A model generated the notes under the pieces. It saw nothing but the letters and a program-made list of their open reading frames with translations. It made no database searches and was not told the DNA's origin. From IMG/VR virus record IMGVR_UViG_3300011422_000009, positions 1-41,554 of that record: 41,554 nucleotides of DNA; one strand, given 5' to 3'. How positions within the stretch are numbered: position 1 is the stretch's first letter; the number at the start of each line of letters is the position of its first letter. A program made the translations under genes and the position numbers. Source of the stretch: a virus (Duplodnaviria > Caudoviricetes). This document shows positions 13,312-22,900 of the stretch, piece by piece.

Positions 13312-16300
13312 TTAAATAGTGTAGATAAAGTAACCAGAAATAAACGTGTTATTGGAGAAACTAGCATTAGTTACTTGTGACATAGATGCTGCACCCGCTG
13401 CCGGAGCAGCGAAGAAGCGTGCGGAATTGCTTCCTGCTATGCCACGTAGAACCATTGATGAGAAGGTAGTTACACTAAGATTAAGATAATTTACTGATCC
13501 CCCAACTGTATTGTCTGGTACAACGAAAGGGAAACTAGCTAACTCAGCAGCACCAGATGATAGTGACCCTTTGTTCATCAAGGATACTTCATACATAATA
13601 ACAACAAGATTACCTATACGTATCCAAGAACCCGACCTAGATTGATAAGTTACTCCGGCAGCACTATTAGCGAATCGTACATCTGGAGTATAGACTCCAC
13701 TCTCAAAGTAGGTAAGAGTGCTTTGTCCGAAATTGATACCTGCGCTGGCAGTTATAAGACCAGTTGCTCTAAGAGTACCTGTAACTTCTAGCTTGTACGC
13801 AGGAGCAATATTTCCAATACCGACGTTTCCGGCAGCAAGGATAGTTAAGCGATCAAGTGCATTTGTACGTAAGCTAAGATCATGATTGCTCCATGATCCT
13901 ATATAGTTGTTGCCGTTACTATGGGCGAACATACCCATTTCTTGCCCAAGTGAGTTTTTAAGATGGATACTGGCAACACTAACATTTGGAGAAATCTGTA
14001 TACCACCTGTATAGAAACTAACTGCTCCTACAGTTCCTGGCCCCACATGAAGTAATGCTCCTGGAGCCGTATTGTTGATCCCCATATAACCAGTAGTCTT
14101 TATGGTGGCTCCTGTTACTGAGGAAAGATCTGTAGAGGGGGAGATGGCGAAAGCATCAGCCAATGAACCGTCAATTCCTATTGTCCAGTTGGTCGTCTGT
14201 TGTGTAAATTGTAGACGTGCATCCCCTGCTCCTGCTTGCTGTATCTTCAAACCAACGGCAGAGATAGCCGTAGAATTATCATAGATATGCAAACTATGAT
14301 CAGGGTTGGTTGTGCCGATGCCGATGTCTCCCGTTGATTCTATTCTCATCCTCTCGACGTTACTCGTGCCAAAAATAAGATCATGAGCATTGACAGTACG
14401 GATGACAAGACGAGCAGCATTAGCAGCGAGCGAGACGTCACCATTGGTTAACGGCCCCGACGTTCCCCACCCGCTACCCATCATACCGAATACACCCGAA
14501 GTCCCTGCCACACCACGTACCGCCACTTGCGCCAACGCTCCTGCTCCCGTCGAAAGATTCTCCATCATCAACGTAGTTGAAGTCGCCTGATCTTTCTTGA
14601 TATGGACATAGTAAGCAGGAGCAGCAATTCCGAAGCCAAGATCTCCTGCCGCCGTTATTCTCATCTCCTCTACATTGTTGGTAGCGAAGATCATGTCATT
14701 AGCACCAATGGTGCGGAGTACCAACCGTGTAGAACCACCTGTGATATAAGCATCTCCACTGGTCATCGGCCCTGTTACGCCGTAGCCGCTACCGAGAACA
14801 CCCATTGTAGCAGATGCAGCACCACTACGAGCAGAGAGTGAAGCGACGGCCCCTGCTGCTGTGGATGGATTCTCAGAAGTAATATTGGTTACTGCTCCTT
14901 GGGATTTAGAAACGTGTAGCAGATAGATAGGAGTATCCGTACCGATACCAACTTCACCCGTTTCTACAATCCTCATCCATTCAGTACCGCCATTGCTATT
15001 TGTATATCGCAAACCGCCACCCTGCAAGCCACGAATTTGAGCTAAGGCAGCGGGAGTCGTCCCTTTATAAAAGATGAGATAGGGTTCCACCCCTACGGCA
15101 TCACTTGTGCGTGAAATGCGAATACCGGCGGCTGCACCTTCAACATGAAGCAGAGCTCCAGGACTTATCGTGCCGATGCCGACGTTACCATCGTTATGGA
15201 CACGCATAGCCTCGACACCATCGATGTAGGAGATGACATGACTACCAGAAAGATTCAATGGATAGTAGAGCAAATTGTTATCGTTGTAGGAGTTTAGAGT
15301 AGTCGAAGTAGCACTCACGCTCCAGTCAGAGCGCAAGTTAGGATGCGTCCCACGTCCTAATCTTATAGTGCTGACTGAGCCACCCCGAAATTCAGCGACA
15401 GCAGTAGAAGGGATAATCGTAGTTGTACCTACACCAAGTTGATGTGCTATGTAAGTAAGATCATCTCGTATGAAGGCAGCAGTTTCGGATCTTGTGGTTG
15501 CTACGTTGCCGCTTCCGAAGTAAGCTCCCGTAGAATCTAACCAAATATTGGAAGCTACTGTGGTCGTAGAGTTGATTCCGGCAAGTCTAACGGCCCCACG
15601 AGTATACGAATCATGGGATAAGCCGTAGCTAAAGATCTCTGCAACGGAATAAGCAAGACCACCTACCGTCTTCTTGTCTAGCCCAACTGTTCCACGCTTT
15701 TTAGAGGGGAAGGTTGTGATGCCATCCCCCATTTCTTCATACCAACCAATAGAATTGTATTCTGCTGAACCGAATTTCATACTAATTCCACGTACTTTAT
15801 CAATTGTAAAGATTGTATTTTGTGATTGATAAAGTCGGAAATCTACATTCCATAACTTTATGCCGTTCTTCACCCCTCCGTTGGCTACGCTCCCTGTCAC
15901 CATTGCAATCCCACTCAAACCATCAGCGGGTGACTTGGTAAGATCATCTGCGGCAGCAAAGCCAAAGCCATCCGAGAGATCACCCCATCCTGCCAAACTT
16001 CCCATGCTGACCACAGGAACGGTATCATTCCAAAGTGCAGTAGCGGAACGAGAGTAAACGGTGATAGTAGGGCCAATCTTGCCATGCAAGGTAGTAAGAC
16101 TAGATAGATCTATATAGCCATCACCGACGTTCTTACCAAGACTTACAATAGCATCCCCAGATTGCCATGCGGTCGTAGGCCCACCATCTACATTACGAGT
16201 TACAGACCAGCGATAGCCATCTGTAATGACCGTATGAGTTGTAGATGTAATCTTTAGAGCTTCTTGTTGCGGCAGCGAAGTAGTAGGATTTAAGCCTTCC

Positions 16301-19300
16301 ATATACAGATAAGTATTCTGGAACCAGGAAGCCCTCATATCGTGTTTTACATCTATTGTACCCGCACCACTAGCGGCAGCAAGATCAGCAATAAGATTAC
16401 TGGTGGGTGCAATCATCACACGGCCACCAATCGTAGCCATGACCGATGAAGCCACCAATGTTTCTACATAGAGTTCTGAAGCATAAAGACTACGCCATTT
16501 ACGATTATAATAGCCTATGTCAATCTTACCAGAACTCGTAGGTAACATCTTGGCATAAGGTGCTATAAGATTACCAGGATTGATGACTAGATCACCACCT
16601 GAATTGATGCTGAGGATAGTAGCCGCAGGTGATGTAATCTTCCTTGCGCCACCTATGAAGTTTAGATCACCGCTAATCTGTGGATTTGTATTGAAGGTAT
16701 AGACGCCAGTGTTGAACTGCGCTCCGGCACTCATATATACCATCGCATTGAAAGTAGCGGTCTGCGCCCAACTTTGGATTCCAGTCCAATCGAAGGCATA
16801 GGCACGATTCACGGCCACACCATTAGGATCTACTGTAATTCCCTGATAAGGCTTTACAGATACTCCCGTAGCCCCTACCAGAATACCGTTATCTTCCTTA
16901 ACCCAAACACCCAAAGTATCTGAGATAATACCATGATAAGGTTTAACATCTACTGTGTTTGCCGTTACTAAGATCCCATTTCCTGGCCCTACGTCAAATC
17001 TCATAGGAGTAGCCAGTGTGCCACCACCCGTAAGACCATCTCCTGCGGTGATAGTATAATCTGTAGTGAGTACCTTACTAAAATCTAGCGATAACTCAAG
17101 ATCACCCGTTAACGGCCCACCACCTATAAGACCACCCGTAGGTGGAGTTAAGATTTGGAGATCTGTACGTACTACAGTATCATCTACCGTTAAGCTGGGA
17201 TTCGTACTGATGGGTGCGCCACCCTGGATGCCACCATTAAGAGGTGTAACAATAAGAGCAGAAGCTCTTGCGACTTGGGTGAAATCTACAGCCAGTGTTA
17301 CATCACCCGTTAATGGCGCACCACCTGTAAGACCACTTCCCGCTAAGGTCTTGATCTGTGTAGTTGTAGATACAACATCATCGAAGTCTACGGCTAAAGT
17401 ACGGTTGGCTGTAAGATTACCACCCCCCGTAAGACCGCTTCCCGCATTAGTGAAGAAAGTGATCGCGCTACGAGCAATGGTATTGTCTACATCCATGATC
17501 TTATTGGTCATAATAAGACCAAGACCAGCGATGCTATCGCTAATCCATAGATCATTATTTACATCAAAAGCCAAACCAGAATAGGGTGCAGCCAACTGGA
17601 TGCCAAGAGTACGTGTGGCCGCAAGAGTCCCGCCACCGTACATCCCATTTCCAGGTAAAATAGACGTTGCGGCAAGAGCAACATAGGCAGGATCAATGTT
17701 CATAATCTTGCCAGGAGCCATGTCAAGCCCTGTTCCGGCAAGCGCATCATTAAGGAATATACCACTGGCACTCACGGTAAGACCACTACCAGATTGCGTT
17801 AAGGCTTGGATGAGGATGTCGGGGCCAGCTAACGTCCCACCTCCTGTAAGACCATTCCCTGCCGTAATCGTGGTCGTGGTACGAGCTACAGAAGCATTGA
17901 CGCTGATGTTACTACCAGCCAGGATAATACCATCTCCTGCTGTGAATCCCGTTGGCGGCGGAGAACCAGAGGCACTAAATCCTGGAATTGTGACTTGTCC
18001 TGTACTAGGATCAAAGGTAAAGAAATCATTAGTGCCTAATCGTTCACTGGCAGATATCCTAAACTTTCTGGGAAAGGTACTATCAATTCCTATAGAATAC
18101 CACTGATCCGACATAAAGACCGGATAGTTGTCGGGATCATATTGGTGCATTCTGAAATGCAGTACGGCATCACCGATTGCACCACCACCTGGATCCCATG
18201 TGCCTTGCTGCTCAATCGTGACGCCAACTTTACGACCAGTTTCAGTACCCGCATTAGTGATATTAAGCTGCGATGAGCTTATGTGATCACTGAAACCTAT
18301 ATGAACATTACGACCTAGCTTCACTTCTTCAGCCATCAAACTAGCTACTTCCCCATATACACCAGTAGATAGCATAGATTTAGTGCTAAGATTTAGTGAA
18401 GCAAATACTTCATCGTAATAATTTGCCGCTTGTAGGGATATAGAAGCTTCCTCAACTAGCTCTGAGGAAGTCATCATGGTCATACCTAACTCACGTACAA
18501 GATGACCACCACCTCTATCCCAAAAAGCCGCAGTAATAAAAGCGGCTGGATAAAAGCCCTCAGTAGGTGGATTAGCTATATCATCATACCAAGTAATATT
18601 TCTTAATGGATCATTTCCGGCTAACGAATCAAAGCGCATTGAGATACCAGTATCTCGCTTGACTATCAAGCTCTCAATGCTACCTTGATACATCGTTAAA
18701 TTAGTATCGTAGAAGTCAGCACCATCTTCGTTAATAGATATACCGATGAAGCCATCTCCAGGAACCTTCGCCAAACTGTTTCCGGCAGCCAATCCATAGG
18801 TATCTGTAGTGTTTCCTAACACTCCATTAAGATTACCCATCCTCACTTTATTGAGGAAGTGCGGTGCATTTCCAGCTATTGCATCAAAGGTCTGTACTTG
18901 GATGTACGGGCCTTTATTGGGATGAAACAAACTCGTCGCATAGACCACACCTTGACCGTGAGGTTCTTCAACAGTAGGTGGTTGGCCGAAGTCAACACCT
19001 GTTTCACCCTTATGGATGAAAGCACCTGTGAAGCCACCTTCCCTACGCTTGAGCCGCCATAACTGACGTGACGGCCTTTCATCTTCGGGTGTCTGTGTTA
19101 CTCGATTAACATAATCATTAACGCCAGCATCTATTACAATGAAGTTTACGGTTTGGATTACTAGATTAGTTTCCCAATCAATTGTGCGGAACTGTATCCA
19201 GTTATCTACCAAGAATAACTTGTGGCCGTCTAGACCAGGAGCTTCCTCAAACCATACATCTACATTAGCATTGATGGCCGGAACTTCAAAAGTTGTTTCT

Positions 19301-20634
19301 ACAATACCATAGCTTCTGGTTAGGAACCATTCTCCCCGCTGAACACGAGCTTCATCTGCTACAAACTTACGAGCATAAAGATTATCTACCAACAATTCGG
19401 AGATGGTAAGTTGGCTCTTATAGCCACCCATCCACGCTATTTCCCAACCATCGATACCAGAAATCATATTCTGTGCATTGGATGTACGTAGCACCTGATC
19501 ATCGGGGAACATAATGTTCTTACGGGGAACAGGTGGATTTAGATCATCCCATACATAACCAGTAGGTGTGGATTCTATATAAAGATTACCCTTTGGTTTG
19601 ATCTTAAGATCATGTGTACTGATGATGTTATAAACGCCATTGATGAAGTTAATATCACCACGTAAATCTAAAGTCTTTAGTCCTAATTTTCCTAGTGAAC
19701 TATGCAATAAGATGTTCGCTGCGCTGACACTAACATCTGCTGAAGATGCTACGTCATGAGTATGTCCTACATTGCCTGTGCCGCCTTTGAAGTTTACAGA
19801 ATCAAAAGTTAATGTATCAGGATCATTCATTGCGATCCCGTTGACATTAGTCTGTAAACCGCCAGCGGGATCTATTTTTACTTGAATCTTGTTTGTTGCA
19901 CCAACTTCACTAAGCCCTTTATTGGTATCTATAATATCCGTAACATCTACCCTTACACTGGTAGATAATACATCAATTCCTTGCCCACCCCCAATCCCAA
20001 GTCCAAGCGTACTCGTACTCATACCACTTGGATTCTGCAAAAAGATATGTAGACCTGGAGGTCCGGCAGCAAGACCACCATCTAAACTGGCACGAACTCC
20101 AATACCAGTAGCATCTATTAAGATAGCTCTATCTGTATTGGATTTAGCCGAAATAATGTTATCTACGGATATATTGATACCGAGTCCTGCGGTATATGTT
20201 CCACCACCCCCACCACCACCCGTAGGAGGGAAGACAGGCTTGAATGTAGAAGTAGCTGCATCCCATGTAGGTACTTCACCTGTATCCCAACCTGTAGATT
20301 GTACGTTGGTGAGATCAAACATTGACATGGGAGCAGGAGGAATTGGATCACCTGTACGATAGGCAGCAGCTTCATAGATAACAAGCTCACCGTTTTCACG
20401 GCGCATCCTCACTTGCTGTCCTACCACCATCGCAACATCTACTCTATCTTTAGCGATGGTTACACCCTGATCCGCACGATCTCCCATAGTCACATGCACA
20501 TAGCCAGGACGTCCCACAACAGGGATAGCGTCTGGAGTCTGCTCCATCAACCCCAAACGTCCTATGATGGCAGTACGTATATTACTACGTTCCCAGATGC
20601 GATCAAAAGCTCTAAGAATCTCTGATTCGCTCAT
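13312..20634 (-). CDS. very large tail fibre / receptor-binding protein (2440 aa)
   Basis: Follows the hub gene. Contains GxGLTGGG repeats and MRI..GxVGIGT..P repeats, with a fibre-type C-terminus (YTP...TY..RSGSWIRIGNLV). Confidence 0.85.
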   Translation of the reverse strand: MSESEILRAFDRIWERSNIRTAIIGRLGLMEQTPDAIPVVGRPGYVHVTMGDRADQGVTIAKDRVDVAMVVGQQVRMRRENGELVIYEAAAYRTGDPIPPAPMSMFDLTNVQSTGWDTGEVPTWDAATSTFKPVFPPTGGGGGGGTYTAGLGINISVDNIISAKSNTDRAILIDATGIGVRASLDGGLAAGPPGLHIFLQNPSGMSTSTLGLGIGGGQGIDVLSTSVRVDVTDIIDTNKGLSEVGATNKIQVKIDPAGGLQTNVNGIAMNDPDTLTFDSVNFKGGTGNVGHTHDVASSADVSVSAANILLHSSLGKLGLKTLDLRGDINFINGVYNIISTHDLKIKPKGNLYIESTPTGYVWDDLNPPVPRKNIMFPDDQVLRTSNAQNMISGIDGWEIAWMGGYKSQLTISELLVDNLYARKFVADEARVQRGEWFLTRSYGIVETTFEVPAINANVDVWFEEAPGLDGHKLFLVDNWIQFRTIDWETNLVIQTVNFIVIDAGVNDYVNRVTQTPEDERPSRQLWRLKRREGGFTGAFIHKGETGVDFGQPPTVEEPHGQGVVYATSLFHPNKGPYIQVQTFDAIAGNAPHFLNKVRMGNLNGVLGNTTDTYGLAAGNSLAKVPGDGFIGISINEDGADFYDTNLTMYQGSIESLIVKRDTGISMRFDSLAGNDPLRNITWYDDIANPPTEGFYPAAFITAAFWDRGGGHLVRELGMTMMTSSELVEEASISLQAANYYDEVFASLNLSTKSMLSTGVYGEVASLMAEEVKLGRNVHIGFSDHISSSQLNITNAGTETGRKVGVTIEQQGTWDPGGGAIGDAVLHFRMHQYDPDNYPVFMSDQWYSIGIDSTFPRKFRISASERLGTNDFFTFDPSTGQVTIPGFSASGSPPPTGFTAGDGIILAGSNISVNASVARTTTTITAGNGLTGGGTLAGPDILIQALTQSGSGLTVSASGIFLNDALAGTGLDMAPGKIMNIDPAYVALAATSILPGNGMYGGGTLAATRTLGIQLAAPYSGLAFDVNNDLWISDSIAGLGLIMTNKIMDVDNTIARSAITFFTNAGSGLTGGGNLTANRTLAVDFDDVVSTTTQIKTLAGSGLTGGAPLTGDVTLAVDFTQVARASALIVTPLNGGIQGGAPISTNPSLTVDDTVVRTDLQILTPPTGGLIGGGPLTGDLELSLDFSKVLTTDYTITAGDGLTGGGTLATPMRFDVGPGNGILVTANTVDVKPYHGIISDTLGVWVKEDNGILVGATGVSVKPYQGITVDPNGVAVNRAYAFDWTGIQSWAQTATFNAMVYMSAGAQFNTGVYTFNTNPQISGDLNFIGGARKITSPAATILSINSGGDLVINPGNLIAPYAKMLPTSSGKIDIGYYNRKWRSLYASELYVETLVASSVMATIGGRVMIAPTSNLIADLAAASGAGTIDVKHDMRASWFQNTYLYMEGLNPTTSLPQQEALKITSTTHTVITDGYRWSVTRNVDGGPTTAWQSGDAIVSLGKNVGDGYIDLSSLTTLHGKIGPTITVYSRSATALWNDTVPVVSMGSLAGWGDLSDGFGFAAADDLTKSPADGLSGIAMVTGSVANGGVKNGIKLWNVDFRLYQSQNTIFTIDKVRGISMKFGSAEYNSIGWYEEMGDGITTFPSKKRGTVGLDKKTVGGLAYSVAEIFSYGLSHDSYTRGAVRLAGINSTTTVASNIWLDSTGAYFGSGNVATTRSETAAFIRDDLTYIAHQLGVGTTTIIPSTAVAEFRGGSVSTIRLGRGTHPNLRSDWSVSATSTTLNSYNDNNLLYYPLNLSGSHVISYIDGVEAMRVHNDGNVGIGTISPGALLHVEGAAAGIRISRTSDAVGVEPYLIFYKGTTPAALAQIRGLQGGGLRYTNSNGGTEWMRIVETGEVGIGTDTPIYLLHVSKSQGAVTNITSENPSTAAGAVASLSARSGAASATMGVLGSGYGVTGPMTSGDAYITGGSTRLVLRTIGANDMIFATNNVEEMRITAAGDLGFGIAAPAYYVHIKKDQATSTTLMMENLSTGAGALAQVAVRGVAGTSGVFGMMGSGWGTSGPLTNGDVSLAANAARLVIRTVNAHDLIFGTSNVERMRIESTGDIGIGTTNPDHSLHIYDNSTAISAVGLKIQQAGAGDARLQFTQQTTNWTIGIDGSLADAFAISPSTDLSSVTGATIKTTGYMGINNTAPGALLHVGPGTVGAVSFYTGGIQISPNVSVASIHLKNSLGQEMGMFAHSNGNNYIGSWSNHDLSLRTNALDRLTILAAGNVGIGNIAPAYKLEVTGTLRATGLITASAGINFGQSTLTYFESGVYTPDVRFANSAAGVTYQSRSGSWIRIGNLVVIMYEVSLMNKGSLSSGAAELASFPFVVPDNTVGGSVNYLNLSVTTFSSMVLRGIAGSNSARFFAAPAAGAASMSQVTNASFSNNTFISGYFIYTI

Positions 20635-22532
20635 ACGGTTCCTTCCTCAGGGACGTCCGGCCACAAGATCACAGTGTTTGCCGGAAAGCCGGACGTTTCC
20701 ATTTCCCAATGTATACTTACGTCACGAGTAACACCCGTAGATTCATAGGTATATTCTGTGGTCATTTCCGTAACAATACCCCGTACTTCATCAAAGCCAA
20801 TAGCTTCACGAATAGGACTATTCGCATCGGAGAACGTGAGCTTCAACCATTTGGCTTCTGCCGGATCAACCCACTGAGATACAAGATCTCTTGGTGCAAC
20901 AATCGTAAAGGGCTGGAACTTAGCGTTTAATTTAGCGAAGCGATTACCTTCTTCGTCATTAAGATTACTTTGCCCTAAAGATATGCGCTCACCAACTTCC
21001 ATGAACTGCTCACCTTGCCCATGCTCTGTACCAGGAGCAACACAAGATATGACTTCCAGTTCTTCTCTGCCGTCTACTATAATAAAATCATTAGTAGATA
21101 TTAAAGATTTGGTTTGGATAATCCCGATAGTAGATTGGTGAGAATAAGCCCATGTGATGCTAGTCCAACGGCTATCATCTAGGGTATCCATTATGTCATC
21201 CAGATTATTTGGGCGATCTACTACCCGCATAATATTAAGATCAGGAACCATCTTTAACTGACCCAGGCGATTGCAAGACATCCTATAGCTAGGACTTAAT
21301 CTGCCACCAAGATCTTGTATCTGTGCGTTCAAATTTTGCTTATCACTACCTAAAATTGCAAACTTAAATATAGATAAGCTATGCGTATAATCAAAGAAAT
21401 CAGCTACTTCCAATACTGTAGAGTGCATGTGCAACATGAACCATATGTAGTAGAGCATATTGCCCCACAAGGTAAGAGACCAATCCACTCCCACTGTAGT
21501 AGCATACTTCATAACTACAGTGAAGCCAGGTAACATCGTCAATCTTTTACCTGCGTCAAAGAAGGTTAGTCTTGTCGTATTGGTGGTTGCCGTTGGTTCG
21601 GCACGAATCGCTATATCATCAGCTTGATGCCAACCTATGAACTGCATTTGATACCGAAATTCTGGAAAATAAGCAACGGCATCATCCCACATCATCATTA
21701 GAAAGCCATCATAATATTGCTCTCTTGGAAAATCTTTATACATCTCTATTGTTAGTTCTTGCCCTATTTGGTCATGCAAATGGGATACTATATTGAATTG
21801 TGTAGTAGATAGATCATTAGCAGGATCACGAGCGAAAATAGGAATCTTCTGCGTTCCTGTATGATAAACTCCCAAATTATCGACATGAAGGTATACATAG
21901 TGAAATCCAGGAGCAAAATTTAGAACAACTCTAGATGTTGTGTTGCTTCCCCCTACTAGGGTTGCTCCAGCACTCCATTCCCATCTAAAGTTATTGGGAA
22001 CAGAAATAGGTGGTGATGCAGCTAAATCAAATACAAAGCTCTCGGCATTGAACTCAACTTGCAACAATCCCGTTGCAGGATTTATATCTCCTGCGGCTCC
22101 TGGCCCACCATTAGGAACAGGTTCAGGCTTTCCATTGTTAAGTTCAGAACCTATATCTGTATCTTTCCACATAGCTGCACCAGCGAAGACGGGAATCTTA
22201 GCCCATACTCTATATTCTTCTAATACTGTGATATAGGAATTATCTACGATATTAGCTTCACCAATACCTATACCACGAGAATAGCGAGCAACGTGCATCT
22301 GAACTAGCGGAAAATCAGGATCCATATATCTATATCTAAGTGTACCATAATCATTTTTATCCGGCGCAGAACCTAACAGCACCGTCATACTTTCTTTTAG
22401 GAGAGAAGTATTTCCTACAGTTACGGTATCAAAATTTATAATTTCCTGTGGATAGGGTAAAGTCGTACCGTTCATATTCACTCTGGCACGCATGATGACT
22501 TTAGGTTTGTTGATATACATACGTAGAGTCAT
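20631..22532 (-). CDS. baseplate hub / minor tail protein
   Basis: 633 aa, syntenic position between the Dit-like gene and the fibre. Confidence 0.6.
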   Translation of the reverse strand: MTLRMYINKPKVIMRARVNMNGTTLPYPQEIINFDTVTVGNTSLLKESMTVLLGSAPDKNDYGTLRYRYMDPDFPLVQMHVARYSRGIGIGEANIVDNSYITVLEEYRVWAKIPVFAGAAMWKDTDIGSELNNGKPEPVPNGGPGAAGDINPATGLLQVEFNAESFVFDLAASPPISVPNNFRWEWSAGATLVGGSNTTSRVVLNFAPGFHYVYLHVDNLGVYHTGTQKIPIFARDPANDLSTTQFNIVSHLHDQIGQELTIEMYKDFPREQYYDGFLMMMWDDAVAYFPEFRYQMQFIGWHQADDIAIRAEPTATTNTTRLTFFDAGKRLTMLPGFTVVMKYATTVGVDWSLTLWGNMLYYIWFMLHMHSTVLEVADFFDYTHSLSIFKFAILGSDKQNLNAQIQDLGGRLSPSYRMSCNRLGQLKMVPDLNIMRVVDRPNNLDDIMDTLDDSRWTSITWAYSHQSTIGIIQTKSLISTNDFIIVDGREELEVISCVAPGTEHGQGEQFMEVGERISLGQSNLNDEEGNRFAKLNAKFQPFTIVAPRDLVSQWVDPAEAKWLKLTFSDANSPIREAIGFDEVRGIVTEMTTEYTYESTGVTRDVSIHWEMETSGFPANTVILWPDVPEEGTV

Positions 22533-22900
22533 GGAAGTAACTTTAGATCCCTAATAATAATCACCATATTACGAATAAAATAGTTTTCCCAAGTAGCCTC
22601 TGGTTGGATGGCCGTACCCGTATATCTTTTATATTGATAAAGTGGATTGCGGGTATAGATAGTAACGGTAGCAGATGGCAAAGATTGGATTCCCAACGGT
22701 GTTAAGATCGTAGTGAGTTGGGCCGGAGTTTCCACCATACTATAAATCCATTCCACATAAAGCCCCTCATCCAGCACACTACCATTTCCCAAGAATATAC
22801 GTCTGGTAGCTTTAAGACCAGGACTAGTAGGTTGTGGATTTATTACCGTTAAGGAAGCTAAAGCTACATTACTTCCTACAGCCGCACGATAGTCGCTCAT
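22529..22900 (-). CDS. distal tail (Dit-like) protein
   Basis: 123 aa directly after the tape measure, ATGA coupling. Confidence 0.55.
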   Translation of the reverse strand: MSDYRAAVGSNVALASLTVINPQPTSPGLKATRRIFLGNGSVLDEGLYVEWIYSMVETPAQLTTILTPLGIQSLPSATVTIYTRNPLYQYKRYTGTAIQPEATWENYFIRNMVIIIRDLKLLP

